A stretch of 32,000 nt of DNA from an uncultured Nitrososphaerota archaeon (GCA_963701075.1 OY969559.1:1550540-1582539), one strand, 5' to 3'. Numbered from the stretch's first letter, positions 8,182 to 16,328 are shown. Notes: a model not told the origin generated them from the sequence alone. A program made the numbers and translations.

Positions 8182-8188
8182 TGTACCA
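8182..8188 (+). promoter_or_regulatory. TGTACCA heptamer 5 nt upstream of the TATA box of the 8223..9115 operon
   Basis: tgtacca cttgg TTTAAAT (8194..8200); GTG start at 8223. Confidence 0.5.
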
Positions 8189-8222
8189 CTTGGTTTAAAT
8201 TTCATTTTGACCAATTTCCATT

Positions 8223-8615
8223 GTGTTCAGGCCCCAAACTCTGATTGAGACTAAGTCTACACTGTTAAGTGTAATAATATTTGCACTTGTTGCAGCGTTA
8301 TCAATTCCTGTCATCCTACCCCACATATTTCAACAATACGAGCTTTTCCACATACTTTTACACATTAGCGGAATAGGTTTTGCGTCTTTTCTTACAATAG
8401 TAGCTGCAATGGCATATCACAAGGTCAAGACCCGCAGACTTCTTTTCACTACCATTGCGTTTGGCACTTTTATTTTGTCTGAAGTATTTGATCTAATTGA
8501 TGCAGCATGGCAGTCAAAATATTATTTTTGGAGTTTTTCATCATCTGAGATAGCTCATCTTATCATGTTCTTCACATTACTGATGTTTGCACTAAGTGTG
8601 TTTAGGAGAGATTGA
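8223..8615 (+). CDS. small integral membrane protein (about 4 TM helices)
   Basis: GTG start. Four hydrophobic segments (LLSVIIFALVAALSIPVIL, ILLHISGIGFASFLTIVAAMAY, LLFTTIAFGTFILSEVF, IAHLIMFFTLLMFALSVF). 4-nt overlap with the next gene. Confidence 0.65.
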   Translation: MFRPQTLIETKSTLLSVIIFALVAALSIPVILPHIFQQYELFHILLHISGIGFASFLTIVAAMAYHKVKTRRLLFTTIAFGTFILSEVFDLIDAAWQSKYYFWSFSSSEIAHLIMFFTLLMFALSVFRRD

Positions 8616-9115
8616 AAATGGATAGAGTTACACAGTTAATTGAGGTTATTGAAAAAAACCCTGGAATAAAATTTCGCGAGATAATGCGAGAGACTGGAAT
8701 GAAAAACGGCGTTCTAGGATATTATGCAGGCAAGCTAGAAAGAGAGGGATCTGTAAAGGTTGATAGAAGTCCTGGGCAGACTAGATTTTATCCTCCAGGA
8801 ATATCAGATGATGACACATTACTGATAAAGAATCTAAGACAGGAGACACCAAGGCAGATTCTTGCATCTTTATTGCAATATGGAATGCTATCATTCAATG
8901 AGCTAGTTGAGAAGACACGAAAATCTCCGGCTACAGTTTCCCTCTATCTCTCACAAGTAACAAGAGACAATATCATTGAAAGTAAACTAGTCGATTTCAA
9001 AAAGAGATACCATGTTAAAGACATAGAAAAATTACAAAAAATTATTGATAAATATCATCCAAGCTTGATTGAAAGTTCAGCGGATCATCTTGCCGATACT
9101 TTCTCATCACTTTAA
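8612..9115 (+). CDS. archaeal transcriptional regulator with two winged-helix (ArsR/MarR-like) modules
   Basis: IEVIEKNPGIKFREIMRETGMKNGVLGYYAGKLEREGSVKV and RQILASLLQYGMLSFNELVEKTRKSPATVSLYLSQVTRDNIIE both fit wHTH patterns. ATGA overlap with the upstream membrane-protein gene. Confidence 0.7.
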   Translation: MKMDRVTQLIEVIEKNPGIKFREIMRETGMKNGVLGYYAGKLEREGSVKVDRSPGQTRFYPPGISDDDTLLIKNLRQETPRQILASLLQYGMLSFNELVEKTRKSPATVSLYLSQVTRDNIIESKLVDFKKRYHVKDIEKLQKIIDKYHPSLIESSADHLADTFSSL

Positions 9116-9359
9116 AAACATCACAGATATTATTTTCACAATATTTGAGTTAAAAAGCAGACAGCCGAGAACGAAGATCAGCGTTTATTTAGAGTTCAGA
9201 TAAATGCATACGATAAGATGGCACATGTCATGAGATCTGCATATTTTTTCAGCTATTTTCATCATTGTTGTTTCCCTTTTCCTTGTTTCAAAAGCACACG
9301 GTGACGGTTTAGTTAGTGAGATTCTTCCACCGTCTCTGATAGGAAACACTAATGTTACT

Positions 9360-10667
9360 TTGTCTATTGGTTCTGTCCCATTTTTAATTAACGATACTCA
9401 CGTAGGGACACAGTTGAATCTCGTACTGATGGATGCCGACACCCAGCAGCCAATTCAGGATGCAACACTTGCAATTTCAGCATTCAAGGGTCAGAATGCA
9501 GTTTTTGGCCACATATTCAAGAGTGATAGCGGAAATTTTATTTTGAGTTTTTATCCACAACAATCTGGCAACACGACATTTGACGAACAGGGCGGGCTTC
9601 TTTCAGACTTGTTCGGTCAAGATAGTGGAAATTACGACGTAAAAGGCCCAATCTTTAACACAGCAGGATTGTATAGATTCAAAATCGAGGTTATTACGAT
9701 GGGTGCATATGATAATCAAGTAAGCAGGTCGTATACTGCCGGTATATCAATACCAGAATATGACAACCTTACAATTAACGATCCAGGTTACGGAACTCAA
9801 CAGATGCAGATCATAGCATATTATGATAGGTTGCAGAACATCACATATGATCCAGTCAAAAAATTTGTTAATTTCACCATGCCATTTGACTGGTCAAATC
9901 AGACCATAAGCCAACTGAGTGTAGTACATCAAGAGATCAGAATTCCAAGAACTCTGGGAGATCTGGTGGTAACAAAATATGATGCCTATGTGAACAACAT
10001 CAAGATACCTGACAAGCTGATATCAATAGATGATTACTCCATGGATGCATATAGAATAGTGCATCTCATTTTATACAAGCCCGATGTACAAAATCTTTTT
10101 TCAGAACAAAAAGATCCGGGTCAAGTGATGAATTTTGCAATGAGGCCAAGCAATGATAACGCTTTCCCAATTGTACAGTTTACTAGAAATGCACAGTATA
10201 AAATAGCACTAAGTTGGAATCCACCAAAGATCCTAACTGGTTCCACTGTACAGTTTAACTTTAAGGTTCTAGATCCATTTGCCATGAATACAACAGTGAG
10301 TCCAATTTCTTATGATTTTTCTGTACTTGAAGGAGAAAATGGAGTGATATACCACCAGATAGGAAAAACAACTGATACAAGCTACGGAGACAACATCAAT
10401 GTCGCATTTCCATCTAATTACACAGGATCAATCACAATAGCATTTGAGAACCTAAATGGAAGTAGTTTTTCTGCTACAGAATTTCCAGCTACAGTTAGCA
10501 ACCCAGCAATGACAACCAATCAATCAGCAGTCAACAGCCAAGCTATTGCAGCTAATCAATCTACAGTGCCAGAGTTTCCGTTAACTACATTTGTAGTACT
10601 TGCAACCGTATTTGGATTAGTTGTGTCATTTTCAAAGATGAGTTTGCTCAAATCAATGCGGATTTGA
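9360..10667 (+). CDS. secreted PEF-CTERM protein; 5' end apparently disrupted (see finding)
   Basis: C-terminus STVPEFPLTTFVVLATVFGLVVSFSKMSLLKSMRI. The tracked TTG start lacks a signal peptide. The same frame is open upstream from 9234 and encodes IFSAIFIIVVSLFLVSKAHG, but the ATGs (9218, 9230) are in the adjacent frame. Confidence 0.8.
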   Translation: MSIGSVPFLINDTHVGTQLNLVLMDADTQQPIQDATLAISAFKGQNAVFGHIFKSDSGNFILSFYPQQSGNTTFDEQGGLLSDLFGQDSGNYDVKGPIFNTAGLYRFKIEVITMGAYDNQVSRSYTAGISIPEYDNLTINDPGYGTQQMQIIAYYDRLQNITYDPVKKFVNFTMPFDWSNQTISQLSVVHQEIRIPRTLGDLVVTKYDAYVNNIKIPDKLISIDDYSMDAYRIVHLILYKPDVQNLFSEQKDPGQVMNFAMRPSNDNAFPIVQFTRNAQYKIALSWNPPKILTGSTVQFNFKVLDPFAMNTTVSPISYDFSVLEGENGVIYHQIGKTTDTSYGDNINVAFPSNYTGSITIAFENLNGSSFSATEFPATVSNPAMTTNQSAVNSQAIAANQSTVPEFPLTTFVVLATVFGLVVSFSKMSLLKSMRI

Positions 10668-10668
10668 T

Positions 10669-10866
10669 TTATCCTTTCATACCATATCCGACTAGTACTG
10701 AATAACACCCAAGACCACAATCTTCACAAATAGGTTTCATGGATTTGTCCTCAGCACTGCCAATACAGCAAGGCCTTTTTTCCCTTCCAAGATGATCTAC
10801 AGAGAGTATAGCCCATGTAGGACAATCTACGGGCGTTGTGCCCTTGCCACCCCAATTCTTTTTCAT
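10669..10866 (-). pseudogene. Cys-rich C-terminal portion of the radical SAM gene, in a +1 frame relative to 10751..11617
   Basis: NWGGKGTTPVDCPTWAILSVDHLGREKRPCCIGSAEDKSMKPICEDCGLGCY resembles the C-terminal Cys cluster of HpnH/DUF3463-type radical SAM enzymes (C-TPW...PC...C-x-x-C). It overlaps the 3' end of the main ORF. Confidence 0.6.
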
Positions 10867-11617
10867 TCAGCTCAAGTTGACTATCAGGATTTATGATATA
10901 ATCAGGATATTTTTCTCTCATTGCCATTATTTCATCAACAACCCGTGTTCTTTCTTCTCCAAACGGAAGCCACAAAGGATCATTTTTCATAAATGGAGTA
11001 TGGAATTGAAATCCAATTTTATTTGAATAATTGCGCCATTCTTCTATGACATTTTTTATAGTTTTATAGTTGAGTGAGTTTATAGTCATTGTAATCCACA
11101 TGTCCTTGTAAGCCAATTTGCCATTTTTTTCTACATAATCAATAACGTTGTTTCTTGTTTTATCCCATGCACCATTACCACGAATCTTGTCATGAATGTC
11201 TTTTGTTCCATCTATTGATATCCAATAGAAATACAGATTATCGTATTTCTTCAGCGGGAGTGTCCCATTGGACACTATACAAATTCTTTTTGGAAATTCT
11301 TTTATGAATAATTCAATCACATCTGGCCTCATAGTAGGCTCACCCCCAACAAGTGTGATTATGAAAACATGGTTTTTCTTAAATTTCTCATCTATTACAT
11401 TTTTCCATTGCTCTACAGTTAGCTCTTCATTTTCTTTTCTATTGAGCCACCAGTAACAATGCGTACAGTGAAGATTGCACACATTGATTATATCTGCCGA
11501 GCCATATACCGGACTGCGTTTGTTAAATAACTTGTATCCGGCAAATTTGGTAAATATGTGCACATAACTTGGAGCCTCTTGAATTATTTGCCTTACTCCT
11601 CTTCCCATTATTTCCAT
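10751..11617 (-). CDS. radical SAM enzyme (HpnH/DUF3463-like), 3' end apparently frameshifted
   Basis: CNLHCTHCYWW (CxxxCxxC 4Fe-4S/SAM motif), GGEPTMRPD and VSNGTL. The terminal approximately 36 aa (ELGWQGHNARRLSYMGYTLCRSSWKGKKALLYWQC, i.e. everything past the putative shift site at 10850..10863) look non-native. Confidence 0.8.
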   Translation of the reverse strand: MEIMGRGVRQIIQEAPSYVHIFTKFAGYKLFNKRSPVYGSADIINVCNLHCTHCYWWLNRKENEELTVEQWKNVIDEKFKKNHVFIITLVGGEPTMRPDVIELFIKEFPKRICIVSNGTLPLKKYDNLYFYWISIDGTKDIHDKIRGNGAWDKTRNNVIDYVEKNGKLAYKDMWITMTINSLNYKTIKNVIEEWRNYSNKIGFQFHTPFMKNDPLWLPFGEERTRVVDEIMAMREKYPDYIINPDSQLELNEKELGWQGHNARRLSYMGYTLCRSSWKGKKALLYWQC

Positions 11618-11723
11618 TATGTTCTAGATATGCCATAGCGCCTTATAAGATCTTTTTATTTTTTTCAATTACGATGTTTTAGAAATCTTGCGATGACTGT
11701 CTTTGTAAGATCTGTGCACGCAT

Positions 11724-11954
11724 TCAGTTAGCACATATCAATGTAGTAGTGCATCGGATTTTATCAAGACTACGAATTCTTGTGGTTATGGTTTGCTTAA
11801 TCTCGTCAACTTTTGCAGATTCAATCTTGACAAGCACGTCATAGTTACCAAATACTCCTGTTACCTCCTTGACACATTCTATTGGTTTTAATTTGTCTAT
11901 GACAGAACTTTCTGACCCCATCTCACAGTTAATCATCACATAGGCAGTTTCCAA
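11724..11954 (-). CDS. stand-alone Lrp/AsnC-type ligand-binding (RAM) domain protein
   Basis: 76 aa. ETAYVMINCEMGSESSVIDKLKPIECVKEVTGVFGNYDVLVKIE matches the AsnC/Lrp C-terminal domain pattern, and there is no HTH. Confidence 0.75.
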   Translation of the reverse strand: METAYVMINCEMGSESSVIDKLKPIECVKEVTGVFGNYDVLVKIESAKVDEIKQTITTRIRSLDKIRCTTTLICAN

Positions 11955-12029
11955 CCCATGAATATTACGTAGTTATAGTATATGAGATTTACACATCGTC
12001 AAAATATCATGAAAATAAAAAAGTAGGAG

Positions 12030-12827
12030 TTACTGTGCCCCAATTAAGAAAATGACGTTGACCGTTGCTGTGATGTCTTGATTTGATGCAAGTATTGGCG
12101 TTTGTGCCATCTGAGGTGCAGGAGCACTCATCGCTGTCATACCATAGGTTTGAACTGGCGAAGGCATGTTGAACTCAGATAGGTTTACCGTTTTTACACC
12201 TATGATTTTCTGGCCAAGTGGAGCTAATGCCTTTTCAGCTTTTGATTGTGCATCCAAGACTGCCAAACTAATTAGATCGTTTTGAACACTCTGTTGTTTT
12301 GCCGGTGAAAGTAAGAACGATACACTATCCACCCTATTTGCTCCTGCGCCAACTGCTGCATCAAGTATTCTACCTGTTAGGTGTAGTTGAGTTGTTTTGA
12401 TGAGTAATGTATTGGAAACTTGGTATCCGACAAGATCATTTTTGTATTCGTTATATGGAGGATACGGACCCGTCTGATTATAGACTGGATCTATTGTAAA
12501 GCTGTTAGTGCCGGTTTCATTGTTGGCAATGCCAAGATTTTGTATCGCAGTAATTGTGGCATTTGTCGCTTGAGCGTTTTCACTCATTGCATCTTGCGCT
12601 GTTTTTGCTTGTGTGTCAACACCTAACTGTATGGCTACAAGATCTGGAGAGACTGACAAGGTTGCAGTTCCAGTCACAGAGGTGGTGTTCTGCTGCGGTA
12701 GGAAATAATATGATGCTTGTTGTGCATATGCTTTATTGCCATAGGTTTGCATATCAGCAGAGATCGTTGTCGACACAATTGCAATTGCTGCAAGTGCGGC
12801 CAGAATTATTGTGGTTTTATTTGTCAT
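12030..12827 (-). CDS. SIMPL/DUF541-family secreted protein
   Basis: N-terminal anchor TIILAALAAIAIVSTTISA. VTGTATLSVSPDLVAIQLGVDTQAKTAQDAMSENAQATNATITAIQNLGI and GYQVSNTLLIKT are typical of DUF541. Confidence 0.7.
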   Translation of the reverse strand: MTNKTTIILAALAAIAIVSTTISADMQTYGNKAYAQQASYYFLPQQNTTSVTGTATLSVSPDLVAIQLGVDTQAKTAQDAMSENAQATNATITAIQNLGIANNETGTNSFTIDPVYNQTGPYPPYNEYKNDLVGYQVSNTLLIKTTQLHLTGRILDAAVGAGANRVDSVSFLLSPAKQQSVQNDLISLAVLDAQSKAEKALAPLGQKIIGVKTVNLSEFNMPSPVQTYGMTAMSAPAPQMAQTPILASNQDITATVNVIFLIGAQ

Positions 12828-13184
12828 TAATACGTATTAAATGTAATCTCATATAGGCTTTGATTAAAATTTGTTTTAACTTAATTGTATACGAGAAAGT
12901 TATGTTAAACGATCATATACTTGAAATTTTTTATTTTTAACCTTATATCGAAGAATGAGTTGTTTTGACTTTTATAATTTTCAATGATTTTGTCAATTTG
13001 CCCAATTCATAGAGAGAGTCGATCTTGCAATTATCTCGTGAAATTACTTCACATTTAGATGTTCGAGCTAGTAATTATATGATATAAGTAAAATGATCAT
13101 TGATTTAAGACAACATTCCAATTTGGAATCAGAAAATACGATATTCTTCCACATCTTTTTAGTATTTTATTAATAAGCACAAGT

Positions 13185-13469
13185 ATGGTCAGCAATCATG
13201 GAATAGAAAAGGGGTTAGTGGGGTTGGCCATAGAACATACTCTTTTGCAGATGGGTAAACCTATCTTCGATAAAGTTGAAAATCAGTTTCGCGAGAAATA
13301 CCAGTGCTCTATAATAGATTGCTATGATCATCCACAGTACCTAAATGAGGTCTTAAGTGAAGTTTTTGGAAGATCCCATTCAGACATAACCAGATCTATT
13401 GAAGAGTTCCTCAAAGAATTCAGATACGAATATCACATAGAGACGTTCATCGAGAAAATAAAACAATAA
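13185..13469 (+). CDS. hypothetical protein (94 aa)
   Basis: ATG ORF with a plausible composition and no recognised motif. Confidence 0.45.
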   Translation: MVSNHGIEKGLVGLAIEHTLLQMGKPIFDKVENQFREKYQCSIIDCYDHPQYLNEVLSEVFGRSHSDITRSIEEFLKEFRYEYHIETFIEKIKQ

Positions 13470-13529
13470 GCAGGTTACAAAAATCTAAAAATACGTCCAA
13501 TCTTCAGACAGGCAAATTTCAAGGCGGTT

Positions 13530-13685
13530 CTACCTATCAGACATGCTCCACTTTTCTTCTTGATTCATCTTTAATATTTTTTCAATTGGGATATCGCTGT
13601 GGTCTTTGCTTAGATGTGTTGTATATTCAAGAAGACTAGTGAATCGTTTCTTGCAGATAGGACAATCTTTCTCAAATCCAGCCAT
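13530..13685 (-). CDS. C2H2 zinc-finger mini-protein (51 aa), below the ORF-track cutoff
   Basis: Hand translation: MAGFEKDCPICKKRFTSLLEYTTHLSKDHSDIPIEKILKMNQEEKWSMSDR. This gives C-x2-C-x12-H-x5-H with the conserved F and L of classical C2H2 fingers. An A/T-rich TATA-like stretch lies upstream. Confidence 0.6.
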   Translation of the reverse strand: MAGFEKDCPICKKRFTSLLEYTTHLSKDHSDIPIEKILKMNQEEKWSMSDR

Positions 13686-13837
13686 TGTCATTTTAAAAAT
13701 AGGGATTTTTCTATTTTAATGTATGCTAGATTATCACATCTATAATTTTCTAAACTTTTCTTCCATATGATTTTGCCCAATAATTTTCATTGGTACTCAA
13801 AGATAACAACTAGACAAGCAAATCACTTGAATGCTAG

Positions 13838-15007
13838 CTATTTGAGGCGTAATTTTGAAATTGCAGTTATGATATTTTTCTGAATTCTCTTGTCATACAT
13901 GCTTGGTATGATGTGGTCATAGTGAAGTTCCCTATTTGAGACCGTTTTTGCTATTGCCACTGCAGTAACAAGTAATAATTTCATCGTTATTTTGTTTATT
14001 CTTTTATCCAGTATTGCCCGCATAAGGTGAGGAAATACTAGGGCATTGTTGACTTTGTTAGGATAAAGATAACTCCCAGTTGCTACAATTTTTGCACCAG
14101 CTGCTTTTGCTATCTCAGGTTTTATCTCAGGATCGGGGTTGGTAAGTGCAAAAACTATTGGATCTTGGTTCATCGTTTTTATAATTTTAAAAGTGAGCAG
14201 ATTTTTCTTTCCTGATACACCGATGAAAACATCAGCATTTTTCAGTGCGTCACACAGCGAGCCTTTTTCTTTTTTTGGGTTTGTCATATCTCCGAGTTCT
14301 TTTTTGTATTTGTTCATATTTGCAGTTCGTCCCTTGTAAATTATGCCATCAGAATCTGTAACAAGTATATTTTTGCAGCCAGATGCAGCAAGTAATTTGC
14401 ATATACCATACCCTGCAGAGCCAGCTCCTGCCACTACCACCCTGATTGTAGAGAGTTGTTTTTTGGTGAGTTTTAACGAGTTTAGCAATGCGGAAAGCAC
14501 TACCACTGAAGTTCCATGCCTATCATCATGAAAGATTGGAATAGGCAGTGACTTTTCCAACTCGTCAGATATTTCCATCACTTTTGGAGATTCAATATCT
14601 TCCAGGTTTATGGCGCCAAATACAGGTTCAATTGCCTTGATTGTAGCAATGATTTCATCTTTCTTTGTGGTATCAAGACAGATAGGAAAAGCGCTTACAC
14701 CACCAAATTCTTGGTAAAGAACTGCCTTTCCTTCCATAACTGGCAATGCAGCATACGGGCCTATGTTTCCCAATCCAAGTATTCTTGTACCATCAGTCAC
14801 TATAGCTACATTATTTCCTTTGGAGGTAAGAGTATATTTTTTTTCAGGATGATGATAGATTTCTTTGCATACTGCCGCAACCCCTGGAGTATAGATTAGT
14901 TTTATCTCGTTTGATCTCAAATTCTTGATTTTTCCTGTAACAATTATCTTTCCTTTTAATTTCTTGTGTAATGCAAGTGCCTTCTTTGAGTTCTGATCAG
15001 AAATCAT
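13838..15007 (-). CDS. NAD(P)-dependent malic enzyme (oxaloacetate-decarboxylating malate dehydrogenase)
   Basis: LALHKKLKGKIIVTGK...IYTPGVAAVCKEI, DGTRILGLGNIGP..ALPVMEGKAVLY, NLEDI..P, FHDDRHGTSVVVLSALLN and VVAGAGSAGYG are all hallmark short-form malic enzyme motifs. Confidence 0.92.
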   Translation of the reverse strand: MISDQNSKKALALHKKLKGKIIVTGKIKNLRSNEIKLIYTPGVAAVCKEIYHHPEKKYTLTSKGNNVAIVTDGTRILGLGNIGPYAALPVMEGKAVLYQEFGGVSAFPICLDTTKKDEIIATIKAIEPVFGAINLEDIESPKVMEISDELEKSLPIPIFHDDRHGTSVVVLSALLNSLKLTKKQLSTIRVVVAGAGSAGYGICKLLAASGCKNILVTDSDGIIYKGRTANMNKYKKELGDMTNPKKEKGSLCDALKNADVFIGVSGKKNLLTFKIIKTMNQDPIVFALTNPDPEIKPEIAKAAGAKIVATGSYLYPNKVNNALVFPHLMRAILDKRINKITMKLLLVTAVAIAKTVSNRELHYDHIIPSMYDKRIQKNIITAISKLRLK

Positions 15008-15071
15008 ACATTATCACTCTAATAGCTGCTTTGTAAGTCTTTTAGTCATTCTTGCAAAATAATCCTAACTC

Positions 15072-15629
15072 TTACCGGTCGTTATCGCATGCATATTTTT
15101 TATCAAGTCTATATATGATAGTATTTTCTGTTAAATCAAATTTTACATTGCACCCAAGCTCCTTGAATGCTGCTTCATAAAATGCCTTGAAATGTTTGGA
15201 CCATTTAATTCCCATGTCATGTCTCATGATGAACTTGATTTCGTTTTTACCTTCGATCTGGGTGAAACTAAAGCCGGCAGCCTTTGCCCTGCCACGTAAA
15301 ACAGATATCCATTCCCAGACATCAGACGTTCCTTTCATTGCAAACAACATATCTCTTGAAACATGTTTTCCTTTTTCCTCTGCAATGCTCAGAATTACCT
15401 TATCATCGAGTTTATCAAACCAAGACATGAGAAGCGCTTTTGGCACAGGCACCCACCCAGATTTTGATGCCACAATATCCCAATCTACCGCATGTGCAAG
15501 GAGTTGGTTCACCAGTGCGTTAAGGGTGATTCTCTCAAATGTGGCATGAGATTTGATCTTGTCTAGAACTTCCTTGTCTATCCTAAATGTTACTGTCTTA
15601 TTCTTCTCAATTGTGGATTCGTCATTCAT
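15072..15629 (-). CDS. ribbon-helix-helix (CopG/Arc-like) regulator with an uncharacterised C-terminal domain
   Basis: KTVTFRIDKEVLDKIKSHATFERITLNALVNQLLAHAV fits the beta-alpha-alpha RHH pattern. Confidence 0.55.
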   Translation of the reverse strand: MNDESTIEKNKTVTFRIDKEVLDKIKSHATFERITLNALVNQLLAHAVDWDIVASKSGWVPVPKALLMSWFDKLDDKVILSIAEEKGKHVSRDMLFAMKGTSDVWEWISVLRGRAKAAGFSFTQIEGKNEIKFIMRHDMGIKWSKHFKAFYEAAFKELGCNVKFDLTENTIIYRLDKKYACDNDR

Positions 15630-15819
15630 GACATTGTTTTTGTTGATTGCGTACTGATTAATATTGCGAAACAGAGTTCACTTGCACTCATTTGTGACAT
15701 AACCAAATACGTCATTGTATAGAGACACCCGACGTTCTAGTAGCACCTACAGCTTCTGGCATTATGTGTATTTGTGGCATCTCTGGCTAGTTCAAGCGGC
15801 TGTACTAGCACACTACAGA

Positions 15820-16263
15820 TTAGTTGTTTCTAATTCCAGGAGTAACAATATTGTATTTGTCTAGTTGATTTTTTATGATAGCAAGGAATTGTTTAGAATT
15901 AATCTTTTGAATCAAAGAAGTAGGATCTACACCCTTCTTTGCTATGACAATCATTATGTTTGAAAAGATCGGTATTGTTATGAATTTTAATTTGCTTCTT
16001 TCTGTTGTGATATAGTTAACAGATCCTAATTCTTCATCAAAATCGGCATGCATCGAGTGTTGCAATCTTATGCCCATACACAGCATCTCCATCTTTTCTC
16101 TGCTCAAAGTGAGATTTTTTGGTGCTTGCTCTAGCATTCTGCCTTGAGCATTTATTATTCCAACATATTCCAAGTTATATTTTAACAACGAATCAAGATG
16201 ATCTGCTAAATCTTTCTCTTCCACATAATCATATGTCACTCTTATGCTAAAAAATGAGAGCAA
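15820..16263 (-). CDS. hypothetical protein (possibly Roadblock/LC7-like)
   Basis: TTG start. The fold guess rests only on the size and the pattern YVGIINAQGRMLEQ...; weak. Confidence 0.4.
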   Translation of the reverse strand: MLSFFSIRVTYDYVEEKDLADHLDSLLKYNLEYVGIINAQGRMLEQAPKNLTLSREKMEMLCMGIRLQHSMHADFDEELGSVNYITTERSKLKFITIPIFSNIMIVIAKKGVDPTSLIQKINSKQFLAIIKNQLDKYNIVTPGIRNN

Positions 16264-16328
16264 TATTATGCACTAGCTTGCAAGACTGGAAATGCTAGAC
16301 AACAAAACTGTATGTCAAAATATCAAGA

